Positions 49,760 through 58,575 of a stretch of DNA of 64,000 bases are shown piece after piece (position 1 is the stretch's first letter; every line of letters begins with the position of its first letter). Made by a program: the position numbers and the translations under genes. The stretch comes from Deinococcus sp. (lineage in GTDB: Bacteria > Deinococcota > Deinococci > Deinococcales > Deinococcaceae): NCBI GenBank assembly GCA_965261005.1, contig OZ253375.1:2304001-2368000 (forward strand), read 5' to 3'. Under the pieces are notes generated by a model. It was given only the letters and a program-made list of their open reading frames with translations, had not been told where the DNA came from and did no database searches.

Positions 49760-50275
49760 TCACCCCCGCCAAATCGCCCAATGCTCGTCCAGCGCGTCCA
49801 TTTGCTCGGACGTGCGCCCGCCCGCGCGCAGCAGGGCCATGATTTGGCCTCTGTGATGGCTGTCGTGAACGATGGTGTGTTGAAGGAAGTGGGCGGGGCT
49901 GGACTGGTAGGTGCCCTCGTTCCAGGGGTCGGGAAAGGTGCGGCCCTCGTCCAGCGCGCTTTGCACGGCCTGCACGGCGGCGGCGTCCCCGGCCCCCAAG
50001 GCGGCGGCCAGCGCCTGCGGGTCGCGGGTGGTCAGGGCGAACGAGTTCTCTCCGACAGGGGCGCACACGGCGGGTAGGTTCTCGGCGTGGGCAGGCGAGA
50101 TGATCGAGAGCCAGTCCTGGCGGAAGTTCGCCAGATGGCCCAAGTGCTGCCCCACCGTCCAGCCGCCGCGCCCGTCGGACAGGTCAAGATCGGCCTCCGA
50201 AATGGCGTTCAGCAACACTTCGTTCACGCGGGCGTTGCGGCGGAAGGATTCGAGCAGGAGTGTCAGGTCGTTCAT
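49760..50275 (-). CDS. DinB family protein
   Basis: QHLGH and HDSHHRGQI metal motif; RBS AGGAG. Confidence 0.88.
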   Translation of the reverse strand: MNDLTLLLESFRRNARVNEVLLNAISEADLDLSDGRGGWTVGQHLGHLANFRQDWLSIISPAHAENLPAVCAPVGENSFALTTRDPQALAAALGAGDAAAVQAVQSALDEGRTFPDPWNEGTYQSSPAHFLQHTIVHDSHHRGQIMALLRAGGRTSEQMDALDEHWAIWRG

Positions 50276-50337
50276 GGGGGTTCTCCTATGAAGCTCTGTT
50301 GTGGGAAGGTCGGGTGACCGTGGGTCACGCGGGATGG

Positions 50338-50847
50338 TCACTTGCGCCAGATGTCCCACTGCTCTTCCAGCTTGTCCAGCCGTTCCGGGGGGTAGCCGCC
50401 CTGACGGAGGAGAGCGACGATCTGGCCCCGGTGGTTGGCGTCATGGACGATCATGTAGAGCAGGAAGTGCGCGGGGTTTGACGGAAAGGTATCCACGCCT
50501 CGTGGGTCGGCAAAAGGTTCACCGTTCTCCAGATGCGCTTGTACGGCCTGAATAGCCGCGTCGTCACCAGCGGTCAACATGGCCCTGATCGTGGCCCGGT
50601 CATTCGTGTGCCAGCCCCAGATGGACTCTCCACGGGTGATGGCTAGGCTGGAAGCCGCGAGGGCTGGCGACATCTCCTGCAACCAACCACCACGGGACGC
50701 GCCCATGTGACTGAACATCTGTGCGACGGTCATGCCGCCCTGGCCGTCGGAGCGGGCCAGATCGGCGTCGGTCAGTTCATCCAACAGGAAAGTGTTCACG
50801 CGGGCGTTGCGGCGGAAGGATTCGTGAAGCAAAGTCAGGTCGTTCGT
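50338..50847 (-). CDS. DinB family protein; ACG at the expected start, with an alternative TTG at 50832
   Basis: Paralog of 49760-50275; HDANHRGQI. Confidence 0.8.
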   Translation of the reverse strand, partial: TNDLTLLHESFRRNARVNTFLLDELTDADLARSDGQGGMTVAQMFSHMGASRGGWLQEMSPALAASSLAITRGESIWGWHTNDRATIRAMLTAGDDAAIQAVQAHLENGEPFADPRGVDTFPSNPAHFLLYMIVHDANHRGQIVALLRQGGYPPERLDKLEEQWDIWRK

Positions 50848-50880
50848 GACTTCCCCTTTCTCAGAAATTCTTGTGTCCGC

Positions 50881-51390
50881 TCAGACGGACGGCAGGTAAA
50901 ACAGCAGGTCGAGCGAGGGCGGCTTGACGCCCTGCGTGCGCAGCAGCGCGGCGATCTGCGCGGTGTGCCGGACCTCGTGCAGCATGACGTGCCACAGCAG
51001 GCCGTCCAGCTTGAAGCGCTCCGTGGGCGAGTCGTCCACCAGCCGTTCCAAGTCCGCGTCCGTCAGCGTGCTCAGGTAGGTGAGGGTGCTCTGTTCCACC
51101 ACTCGCCAGTAGTCCAGTAAATCTGCCAAGGGGAACTTCGCGTAGACGGGGCCGTTTCCGGCCGCTTTCAGGGCGGGAAAGGCGTCCTCCACGGGCGTGT
51201 CTTGCAGGATGGTGAAGTGAATCCAGCCGTCCTCCACGTTGGCCGTGTGAAATACCAAGTCCTTGATGGAGTGAAACTGTTCGCCTTGCAGCAGGCGGCG
51301 GGACAGCAGCTCGTCCGGCACAGCTTCCAGCGCGGTCCACAGATCGCGGCGGGCGCGCATCAGATAGTCATAGGTTTCGGGAATGTTCAT
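50881..51390 (-). CDS. DinB family protein
   Basis: SIKDLVFH..VE..W and HVMLHEVRHTAQI. Confidence 0.88.
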   Translation of the reverse strand: MNIPETYDYLMRARRDLWTALEAVPDELLSRRLLQGEQFHSIKDLVFHTANVEDGWIHFTILQDTPVEDAFPALKAAGNGPVYAKFPLADLLDYWRVVEQSTLTYLSTLTDADLERLVDDSPTERFKLDGLLWHVMLHEVRHTAQIAALLRTQGVKPPSLDLLFYLPSV

Positions 51391-51406
51391 GCTGTCTCCT
51401 GCTTTG

Positions 51407-51691
51407 TCAACGCACTTCGAGCCGCACCGTTATTTCCTCGCCCTCCTCTAGGCGCTCCGCCTTCCGAACGCTCGCCTTGACGGGCACGAGGTAGCGGCCG
51501 TCCTTGGGAAACAGCGAGGTCTTCCACTCGGTTGCGCCGACCCTGGCCCGGACCGGAATCATGCCCCAGCCATACGTCACGAAGCTTGAGGCGGTTTTCA
51601 AGTCGAGGCACTGCTCTTCCGGAACGGTCAGGAAGTACCACGGGGCGGGGCCGCGCCAGTACCAAAGCTGGCCGCTGAACTCGAAGGTCAC
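51407..51691 (-). CDS. DUF1905 domain protein
   Basis: WRGPAPWYF, YGWGMIPV, WKTSLFPKDG and VPVKASVRKAE. Confidence 0.85.
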   Translation of the reverse strand: MTFEFSGQLWYWRGPAPWYFLTVPEEQCLDLKTASSFVTYGWGMIPVRARVGATEWKTSLFPKDGRYLVPVKASVRKAERLEEGEEITVRLEVR

Positions 51692-51692
51692 T

Positions 51693-51840
51693 TCATCGTT
51701 TCCAGAAGTCCGGCGGCGCGGGCGTGAAGGGTAAACAGCTGATCGTCGGGAAACGCCTCGATCACCCGCCGGGTCAGGCGGCGGTGCCCTTGCCAGTACT
51801 CCAACAGGTCGGCGGGGCGCATGATGTGTGAATCGGTCAT
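51693..51840 (-). pseudogene. Internally deleted DinB gene
   Basis: N-terminus WQGHRRLTRRV..FPDDQLF joined out of frame to C-terminus PPDFWKR*; both ends match the paralog at 52232-52720. Confidence 0.75.
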
Positions 51841-51849
51841 GTCGTCCTC

Positions 51850-52242
51850 TCAAGCTTCGGGCAGGGCGTAGGTGAGGGTGTAGTGGTGCACCTTATTCAC
51901 AATTTGTAGGTCAAGCTGACCGCTCAGCCCCGTCAATTCTCCAGTTCCAGAATCGGGAACCACCTCGTAGGTCAGGCGCTGCTGGCCGCGTTCGCTGACG
52001 CCGGCGTGAAAGAAGGCAAAACTTCCCCGGCGGCCGTGCAGCGCGGCGCGGACGACCTCGATGGCGACGTACACCGCCGAACCCCGCACGGGCGTCATGA
52101 AGGAGAGCATTTCGACGCTACTTTGCCCGGCCAGGTCGCCGCTCCACTCTTTGTCCAGCAGCGTTCGCGCGATGTCGGGAACGGCCTGCGTGGGCGCGTC
52201 CCCGGCGCGCCGGCTGACCGCAAAGGTTCCCTCAGCGTTCAT
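51850..52242 (-). CDS. DUF3224 domain protein
   Basis: GSAVYVAIE, GRRGSF.F.H and VVPDSGTGELTGLSG. Confidence 0.85.
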   Translation of the reverse strand: MNAEGTFAVSRRAGDAPTQAVPDIARTLLDKEWSGDLAGQSSVEMLSFMTPVRGSAVYVAIEVVRAALHGRRGSFAFFHAGVSERGQQRLTYEVVPDSGTGELTGLSGQLDLQIVNKVHHYTLTYALPEA

Positions 52243-52720
52243 AAAAGGCGGGCGGCTCCAGCCCCAGCGCCCGCAGGTAGACGTACCCTTGCCCCCGGTG
52301 GTGAATCTCGTTGTCAATGGCGTAGATGGCGGCGTCCCAGCCGCTCATCTCACCCCAGGGCAAGGCGTGCATGCGGGGAAAGAGGGCCAGGTCCACCTTC
52401 GGCACTTCCGCCTCGATGCGCGCCGTCAGTTCATCCCAGGCGTTCAGCAACTCGGCGCGGTCCTGCGACACGCCGTTTCGCCAATTGGACATGGTCCACT
52501 CGCCGGTCAGCAAACCCGTCAGCGTCAGTTCGCTCACCTGATGAATTTCCCAGGCCAGGACACCGAAGGGGCGCATTTTGCCCACGCTGAAGCTGAAGAG
52601 TTGGTCTTCCGGGAACGCCAGGGTCACCCGGCGGGTCAGGCGGCGGTGCCCTTGCCAGTGGGCCAGAAACTGGGTGGGCGACAGGAGCGCGGGCGAATCA
52701 GCTGTGGGCGTATTCATCAT
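52232..52720 (-). CDS. DinB family protein
   Basis: WQGHRRLTRR and DNEIHHRGQGYVYLR; RBS GGAGG. Confidence 0.9.
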   Translation of the reverse strand: MMNTPTADSPALLSPTQFLAHWQGHRRLTRRVTLAFPEDQLFSFSVGKMRPFGVLAWEIHQVSELTLTGLLTGEWTMSNWRNGVSQDRAELLNAWDELTARIEAEVPKVDLALFPRMHALPWGEMSGWDAAIYAIDNEIHHRGQGYVYLRALGLEPPAFYER

Positions 52721-52736
52721 CTCGACCTCCGATGGC

Positions 52737-52785
52737 AGCGTAACCTCAATTCCCGTCAGAACGTGACGCAAAAACCGATTAAGCT
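52737..52785. promoter_or_regulatory. Divergent promoters sharing the palindrome CGTCA-N5-TGACG (52754-52768)
   Basis: TGACGG-N10-TACGCT on the minus strand and TGACGC-N10-TAAGCT on the plus strand. Confidence 0.65.
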
Positions 52786-52790
52786 AAGGC

Positions 52791-53738
52791 ATGTACGACC
52801 CATCCATGCGGGTGCTGACCGTGCTGGAGCTGCTGCAAGCCCGTGAAAGCGTGACCGGCGCCGAGCTGGCCGCCGTGCTGGAGGTCAGCCCGCGCACGGT
52901 GCAGCGCTACGTGGCGCGGCTGCAAGACCTGGGCATCCCCGTGGAGGGCAAGCGCGGCGTGGGCGGGGCCTACCGCCTGAAGCCGGGCGCCCGCCTACCG
53001 CCGCTGATGTTCACGGGGGAGGAGGCGCTGAGTTTGGCCCTCGGTTTGCGGGCGCTGCGCTACCTGGGCCTCAGCGCCCTCACCCCGGCGGCGCACGCGG
53101 CCGGGGCCAAGCTGGCGCGCACCTTGCCCCAAGCGCTGCGCGAGACGGTGGCGGCGCTGGAGGATGCAGTGCAGCTGGACGCCTCGCCGTGGGTGGTCCA
53201 GACCGACGCGGCGCTGCTGGGCGCCTTGCTGGCGGCCGTGCGGGAATCGCGGACGGTGGCGTTCCGCTACACCGACCTGGAGGGCCGGGCCAGCGAGCGG
53301 CGCGCGGACATCTACCGGGCGCTGCACTTGGGCGGGCGCTGGTACGCGGTGGGCCGCTGCCACTTACGCCACGCCCTGCGCTCGTTCCGGCTCGACCGGC
53401 TGAGCGAACTGTGCGCCCTGGACGAGACCTTCGACGCGCCGCCCGACTTCGACGCGCTGGCCTACCTGCGCGCCAGCCTGCCGGGAAGGCCGACCGCCCA
53501 CCGCGTCAGCGTCTGGCTGGACGCCCCGCCGGCGGAGCTGCGCGGGCGCCTCTCGGTCTGGTTCACCGAGATCGTCCCCGAGGGGGGCGGTACCCGCCTG
53601 CGTGGCGAGCGCGAGGACCTGCCGAGCTTCGCCGCCTTTTTGCTGGGCGTGGGCTACGACTTCCGGGTGGAGGGCCCGCCAGAGCTGCTGGACGTGTTCG
53701 AGGTGCTGGAGGGGCGCTGCCGTAAGTCAAGAATGTAA
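52791..53738 (+). CDS. HTH-WYL-WCX transcriptional regulator (YafY/PafB-like)
   Basis: LEVSPRTVQRY..L..LGIPV.G.RG.GG.Y, LPPLMFT.EEA and RWYAVG.C.LR..LRSFRLDR. Confidence 0.92.
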   Translation: MYDPSMRVLTVLELLQARESVTGAELAAVLEVSPRTVQRYVARLQDLGIPVEGKRGVGGAYRLKPGARLPPLMFTGEEALSLALGLRALRYLGLSALTPAAHAAGAKLARTLPQALRETVAALEDAVQLDASPWVVQTDAALLGALLAAVRESRTVAFRYTDLEGRASERRADIYRALHLGGRWYAVGRCHLRHALRSFRLDRLSELCALDETFDAPPDFDALAYLRASLPGRPTAHRVSVWLDAPPAELRGRLSVWFTEIVPEGGGTRLRGEREDLPSFAAFLLGVGYDFRVEGPPELLDVFEVLEGRCRKSRM

Positions 53739-53776
53739 ACCATAACTTGACAATTAGATATATCTAGGTTTACAAC
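53734..53776 (+). promoter_or_regulatory. Promoter with TTGACA -35 and nested palindromes
   Basis: TTGACA 53747-53752; TAGATATATCTA 53755-53766; TGTAAACC..GGTTTACA 53734-53774. Confidence 0.55.
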
Positions 53777-53792
53777 TAGCTCGGAGGTAGCC

Positions 53793-54566
53793 ATGAATGA
53801 GCAGTCTGACTTTCGGGAACGGGTGCGGGCGCTGGTGGCCGAGGGCAAACTCACCGCCGAGGAGGCGGGGCAGCTGCTGTCCGGGAGCGTGCGGGTGACG
53901 GACGAAGGGCCGGGGGAGAGCACACCCCGGCGCATGATCGTCAAGATGGCCGGCGCGAACGTGCAGGTCCACTACGACGCCGCCCTGAGCGCGCCGCAGG
54001 TGAGCAGCGAGGGCGAGGGCCGCATGGAGCTGCGGGCCACGCCGGAGGGCTGGCTGCTGCGCCGCGACGACCAGCAGGAAGGGTGGCTGGAGCGCCTGAC
54101 GGGCGGCTGGCTGCGCGACGGCCTCAAGGTGGAGTTGCGCCTGCCGCCCGACTTTCTGGACCTCGACATCGACCTGAGCGGCGGCAACGTGCGCCTGCAC
54201 GATCTGGGGGCGCGCGTCAAGGCCAAGCTGGCCGGCGGCAACCTGACCCTGGGCCGGGTGAGCGCGCTGAACGTGAGCGTTATGGGCGGCAACGTGAACG
54301 CCACCTGCCACTTCGCGGGCGGCGAGCACGGCGTCAAGGTGATGGGCGGCAACGCCAACCTGACCGTGCTCGACCCCGCCCACGTCCGCCTGAGCGCCAA
54401 CGTGGTCGGCGGCAACTTACGAACCCACGGCTTCGCGGTGCGGCGGCGCGACACCAGCCCGGCCACCGCGCACTTCGAGAGCGAGGGCGAGGGTGACGCC
54501 ACCCTGCTGCTGAACCTCACCGGCGGCAACGCCACTGTGACGGGCGAGGGGGTGACCTCCCTGTGA
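53793..54566 (+). CDS. Hypothetical protein with SHOCT-like N-terminus and DUF4097-like beta repeats
   Basis: LVAEGKLTAEEA..LL and repeated GGN(V/L/A) motifs; RBS GGAGG. Confidence 0.75.
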   Translation: MNEQSDFRERVRALVAEGKLTAEEAGQLLSGSVRVTDEGPGESTPRRMIVKMAGANVQVHYDAALSAPQVSSEGEGRMELRATPEGWLLRRDDQQEGWLERLTGGWLRDGLKVELRLPPDFLDLDIDLSGGNVRLHDLGARVKAKLAGGNLTLGRVSALNVSVMGGNVNATCHFAGGEHGVKVMGGNANLTVLDPAHVRLSANVVGGNLRTHGFAVRRRDTSPATAHFESEGEGDATLLLNLTGGNATVTGEGVTSL

Positions 54567-54700
54567 AACCCTTTCCGAAAAATTTTGTGTTGTACCCAAA
54601 TTTTTCCGAGCGGACGCGCGTGGGAACAGCATACGGGTTTCGGGAATTGGAGTCGGTTCGGGCGCTTTTCCAGAACCGACGGAAATGGACGGAATCCGTA
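54567..54700 (+). mobile_element. Related miniature repeat (family B) filling the space between a stop and a start codon; left end degenerate
   Basis: Shares TCCGAGCGGA and ACGGG..TGGA blocks with family A; right end GGAATCCGTA. Confidence 0.65.
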
Positions 54701-55245
54701 TGAGAGAGCAGATCAGGCGCATTCTGGAGATGCGGGCCGGCGGCCGGCTGAACACCGAGGACGCCGCCCAACTGCTGGCCGCTTTATCGAACAAGCTGAA
54801 TTTGCCCGATGAAGCGTGGCCGCACGTCTTCGCCCTGCTCCAAGAGGGCGCCTTCAGCCCCGAGGAGGTCGCGGGCCTGCTGGAAGTCAAGGCCGGGCTG
54901 CGGCGCGGGCCGGAAGGGTTGGAGGCGCTGATGGAGGACGTGCCGCGCCGGGTGCGCGAGGCGCTGAACGGGGCGACCGCCAGGGCCGGGCGCGGCGCCA
55001 AGACGGGCGCGACCCTGCGTGTGGAGATCGAGGACAGTTCTGGCTCCGAGCTGCGCGCCAACCTGCCGCTCTCGCTGGCCGAGCACACCGCCAAGCTGCT
55101 GCCCCCGCGCGTGCTGGGCGTCCTGGAGCAGCAGGGCGTCAGCCCCGAGGCTCTGACCATGCTGCTCACGGCGGGGCCACCCCCCGGCGAATTGCTCTCA
55201 ATTGAGGCGAGCGACGGCACCGCGATTCGCCTGACGGTCGAGTAG
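54700..55245 (+). CDS. Hypothetical protein of the DUF2089 operon (SHOCT-like repeats)
   Basis: MREQIRRILEM..GRL..EDAAQLL and ANLPLSLA. Confidence 0.75.
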   Translation: MREQIRRILEMRAGGRLNTEDAAQLLAALSNKLNLPDEAWPHVFALLQEGAFSPEEVAGLLEVKAGLRRGPEGLEALMEDVPRRVREALNGATARAGRGAKTGATLRVEIEDSSGSELRANLPLSLAEHTAKLLPPRVLGVLEQQGVSPEALTMLLTAGPPPGELLSIEASDGTAIRLTVE

Positions 55246-55261
55246 ACGGATAACCTGACCT

Positions 55262-55618
55262 ATGCCCAACCCCTTGCCGCTGCCCTTTCCCGGCGTTCAG
55301 GAAGCGCCCGTCGTGACCGAGCTGCACTTTCCCTTATCGGGCGTGACGGTGCGCGGCGAGTTCGACCTCAACGAGTTCGCCACCCTGCACGGCGACAACC
55401 TGGAATTCCTGCGCCTGTACATCAAGGTGCGCGGCAACCTCAAGGAGGTCGAGCGCATCCTGGGCGTCTCCTACCCCACCGTGCGCGCCCGCTTTGACGC
55501 CACCCTGCGCGCCATCGGCTACGAGCCGGGCGAACCCGACCCCCGCGACGAGACGCTGGCCCTCCTAGAGCGCGGCCAGATCAGCCCCGAGGAGGCGCTG
55601 AAAAGGTTGAGGAAGTAG
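55262..55618 (+). CDS. DUF2089 family HTH protein
   Basis: RGNLKEVERILGVSYPTVRAR and LERGQISPEEAL. Confidence 0.88.
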   Translation: MPNPLPLPFPGVQEAPVVTELHFPLSGVTVRGEFDLNEFATLHGDNLEFLRLYIKVRGNLKEVERILGVSYPTVRARFDATLRAIGYEPGEPDPRDETLALLERGQISPEEALKRLRK

Positions 55619-55937
55619 GCTCCAGCAGGGCGCGCACGGCGGCGCTGAACTGCTCGTAGGTCTCGCACTTCCCTTTCAGGGCGCCGCGTCCGGCCTGGGT
55701 CAGGGTGTAGAAGCGCACCGGCGAGCCGCCGCGCGGCAGCTGCTGAAACTCGCCCACGATCCAGCCGGCTTTTTCCAGGCGGTGCAAGGCCGGGTAGAGG
55801 CTTCCCTCTTTAAACAGGAAGCGCCCGTCCGTGCGCGCCTGCACCTCCTGAATAATTTGCCCCCCGTACTTGGTGCCCTCGTTCAGCACCGCCAGCAGAA
55901 TCAAGTCGAGGTGTCCCTTGAGCAAGTTGGCGTCCAC
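55581..55937 (-). CDS. PadR family transcriptional regulator
   Basis: LKGHLDLILLAVL, GSLYPALHRLE and YTLTQAG. Confidence 0.92.
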   Translation of the reverse strand: MDANLLKGHLDLILLAVLNEGTKYGGQIIQEVQARTDGRFLFKEGSLYPALHRLEKAGWIVGEFQQLPRGGSPVRFYTLTQAGRGALKGKCETYEQFSAAVRALLEPTSSTFSAPPRG

Positions 55938-56025
55938 GCTTTCCCCCTTCGGGTCATAGATAAGCTATGACCCGAGGACATCGTATTCCTAGAGACATAG
56001 AAATACAAGGTGTTGAGAAGCTCTA

Positions 56026-56087
56026 CTCCCCTCCCTCCTTGAGGGGAAGCGCGAAGCACCCCGAAGGGAGGGGCCGGGGGTGGGGGG
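56026..56087. repeat. REP-like GC hairpin repeat with an internal 22-bp insert
   Basis: CTCCCCTCCCTCCTTGAGGGGA[agcgcgaagcaccccgaaggga]GGGGCCGGGGGTGGGGGG. Confidence 0.55.
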
Positions 56088-56091
56088 TTTC

Positions 56092-57621
56092 CTACGCGAA
56101 CTCGGCCTCTTGCGCCAGCTCGGGCACGCCGATGGGCAGCTTGACGCTGACGGTGGTGCCCTGTCCCAGCTCGCTCTCGACCCAGACGCCGCCGCCGTGG
56201 GCGTCCACGATGGCCTTGACGATGGCGAGACCCAGCCCCGAGCCGCCCTGATCGCGCGAGCGCGACTCCTCGACGCGGTAAAAGCGGCCGAACAGCTTGC
56301 CCAGGTGTTCGGCGGCGATGCCGGGGCCGTTGTCGCTGACGCGCAACAGCACGTCGTCGCCGTCGCGTCGGCCGGACACCGTGACCAAGGTAGACCCAGC
56401 CTTGAGGGCGTTCGAGACCAGGTTGAGGACGACTTGGCGCAGCTTGTCCGGGTCGGCGTACAGCTCGACCTCGTCGCCGCCCACCGTGATCTGGGCGCCG
56501 TTTTCCTGCGCCAGGGGCCGCAGTTCGCGGCAGATGTCGTCGAGGAACAGCTTGACCAGCACCGGCTGGCGGCGCAGCTGCACCACGCCGCTGTCGCTGC
56601 GCGCCAGTTCCAACAGGGAGGCGATCAAGCCGCTGAGGCGGTCGGCCTCGTTCTTGATGATGTTGAGGCTTTCGCGCTGCTGGGGGTTCGGCTGGGTGCG
56701 GCGCAGCAGGTAGCTGGCGTGGCCGCCGATGGCCGTGACCGGGGTGCGCAGCTCGTGGCTGGCGTCCGAGGTGAAGCGCCGCTGCACCTCGAAGGAGCGC
56801 TCCAAGCGGTCGAGCATGCCGTTGAGGGCCAGCGCCAGCGCCTCGACCTCGTCGCCGCTGTTGGGCGTGGGCACCCGCTGGCGCAAAGTCTTTTCGCTGA
56901 TGGACTCGGCCGCCTTGCGCACCAACCTGAGCGGCAAGAGCGCCCGACCGGCCAAGGCGTAGGTGCCCAGGCCCGCCGCCAGCACGCCCAGCAGCGACAC
57001 CAACAGCATAATCAGCTGAAGCGTGCTGACCGTGCGGTACACCGGGGTCAGGTCGCGCGCCAGGTGCAGAATGCCGCTGTACTGCACCTCGGTGTTGTCC
57101 AGAAGGGACACGTAACGGTACGGAACCACGGTGGAGAGGACCAGCGTCGGAATGGTCTTGCCGCTGCCCGGCCGCTGAAGCTGCGACGTGGTGTACACGA
57201 AGCCGAAGCGCTGCAAGCGCGCCAGGGCGCCTTGGTCCAGCACGAAGGGCACCTCGCCGGGGCGCTCGCCCGGTCGGTCTTGCAGGTTGTAGCTGGTGGC
57301 CTGACCGGGCAGAATGCTTTCGCCCAGGAATTCGGTGCTGACCTGGCTCAACTGCTGGGGACTCAGGCCGGGCACCTCGTCAAAGCTGGCGTACAGCGAG
57401 GGGTCCTCGAAACCGATGCCTTGCAGCGTGGGTGAGGATCCCCACAACGGGGCGCGGTCGCGCCTGGGGTCCGTCACTTGGCGCAAATCGGCGCTCAGGG
57501 TGGTCTTCAAGTTGCCCTGCAAGCTGTTGCCCAGCACGCCCACCACGGCCACCGCGATCACCAGCAGCAGCAGGGCCAGCAGCGTGGTGTAAAACAGCGT
57601 GAGGCGCCAGCGCAGGGTCAT
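56092..57621 (-). CDS. Sensor histidine kinase (2 TM, HAMP, HisKA, HATPase)
   Basis: DASHELRTP, NLVSNALK, DNGPGI and GGSGLGLAI. Confidence 0.95.
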   Translation of the reverse strand: MTLRWRLTLFYTTLLALLLLVIAVAVVGVLGNSLQGNLKTTLSADLRQVTDPRRDRAPLWGSSPTLQGIGFEDPSLYASFDEVPGLSPQQLSQVSTEFLGESILPGQATSYNLQDRPGERPGEVPFVLDQGALARLQRFGFVYTTSQLQRPGSGKTIPTLVLSTVVPYRYVSLLDNTEVQYSGILHLARDLTPVYRTVSTLQLIMLLVSLLGVLAAGLGTYALAGRALLPLRLVRKAAESISEKTLRQRVPTPNSGDEVEALALALNGMLDRLERSFEVQRRFTSDASHELRTPVTAIGGHASYLLRRTQPNPQQRESLNIIKNEADRLSGLIASLLELARSDSGVVQLRRQPVLVKLFLDDICRELRPLAQENGAQITVGGDEVELYADPDKLRQVVLNLVSNALKAGSTLVTVSGRRDGDDVLLRVSDNGPGIAAEHLGKLFGRFYRVEESRSRDQGGSGLGLAIVKAIVDAHGGGVWVESELGQGTTVSVKLPIGVPELAQEAEFA

Positions 57622-57691
57622 GGGTATCAGGGTAGTGGGGTGTGGGGCATGGAGCAAGTGTCAAAGCGCCCAGACCGCAGAATCCGTATCA

Positions 57692-57851
57692 TACGGGATT
57701 GCTTAGATTCCAACCTATGTTGAAAAAGCACCAACATAGATTTCCATCGTCGCCATCCCGTACTCTCTTGTACTCGCTCCGCGTCTTGGGCAGAACGGCA
57801 CCTATCGGGCCTGCTCGCTCGGATTCGTCTTCGACTCATCTTAAGTTCGTA
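57692..57851 (-). mobile_element. Miniature repeat/MITE family A; copy with one internal module (160 bp)
   Basis: TACG..CGTA ends; abuts the TGA of the response regulator. Confidence 0.85.
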
Positions 57852-58529
57852 TCACTCCTCGCGCAACACGTACCCGACACCGCGCACGGTGTGGATCAAC
57901 CGCCGCTCGCCGCCTTCCTCCAGCTTGCGGCGCAGGTAGCCGATGTACACGTCCACGACGTTGCTGCCGCCGGTGTACTCGGGCCAAACCTTTTCCTCGA
58001 TCTCGAAGCGGGAAAACACCTTGCCGGGGTTGCGGGCCAGCAGTTCGAGCAACTCGAACTCCTTGGCCGACAGCTCCACCCGCCGCCCACCCCGGAAAAT
58101 TTCGCGTCCGTCGAGGTTCATCACCAAGTCGGCCACCCGCACCTCCCCGGTGACAGCCGGATTGACCCGGCGCAGGTGGGCGCGCACGCGGGCCAGCAGC
58201 TCCTCAATGGAAAAGGGCTTGACCAGGTAGTCGTCGGCGCCGGAGTCGAGGCCCTCGACCTTGTCCTGAATGTTGTCCTTGGCGGTCAGGATGATAATCG
58301 GGGTGTTGGAGGTCTTGCGAATGCGCCGGGCGACTTCCAGGCCGTCCAGCACCGGCAGCATCAAGTCGAGAATCACCAGATCGGGGGACACCTCGCGGAA
58401 TTTGGACAGGCCGGTCACGCCGTCGAAGGCCACCTCGGTGGCGTAACCTTCGGCGGCCAGCTCCAGCTCGATAAAGCGGGCGATGTCTTTTTCGTCTTCA
58501 ATGACGAGGACCAGCGGCTTGCGTTCCAT
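57852..58529 (-). CDS. OmpR/PhoB family response regulator
   Basis: [22 protein letters not shown] and IHTVRGVGY. Confidence 0.96.
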   Translation of the reverse strand: MERKPLVLVIEDEKDIARFIELELAAEGYATEVAFDGVTGLSKFREVSPDLVILDLMLPVLDGLEVARRIRKTSNTPIIILTAKDNIQDKVEGLDSGADDYLVKPFSIEELLARVRAHLRRVNPAVTGEVRVADLVMNLDGREIFRGGRRVELSAKEFELLELLARNPGKVFSRFEIEEKVWPEYTGGSNVVDVYIGYLRRKLEEGGERRLIHTVRGVGYVLREE

Positions 58530-58575
58530 ACCATCAGTCTAGGAAGCTCTCTCATGAGAACAGCGGGCCGTTGTC

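Noticed and set aside
49760..53738. RDRM (DdrO) box upstream of the stress genes
   Set aside because: No convincing 17-bp RDRM palindrome seen by eye; a position-weight-matrix scan would be needed to exclude it
57625..57655. Loose heptamer-like repeats before the kinase start
   Set aside because: Only three degenerate units, indistinguishable from low-complexity sequence
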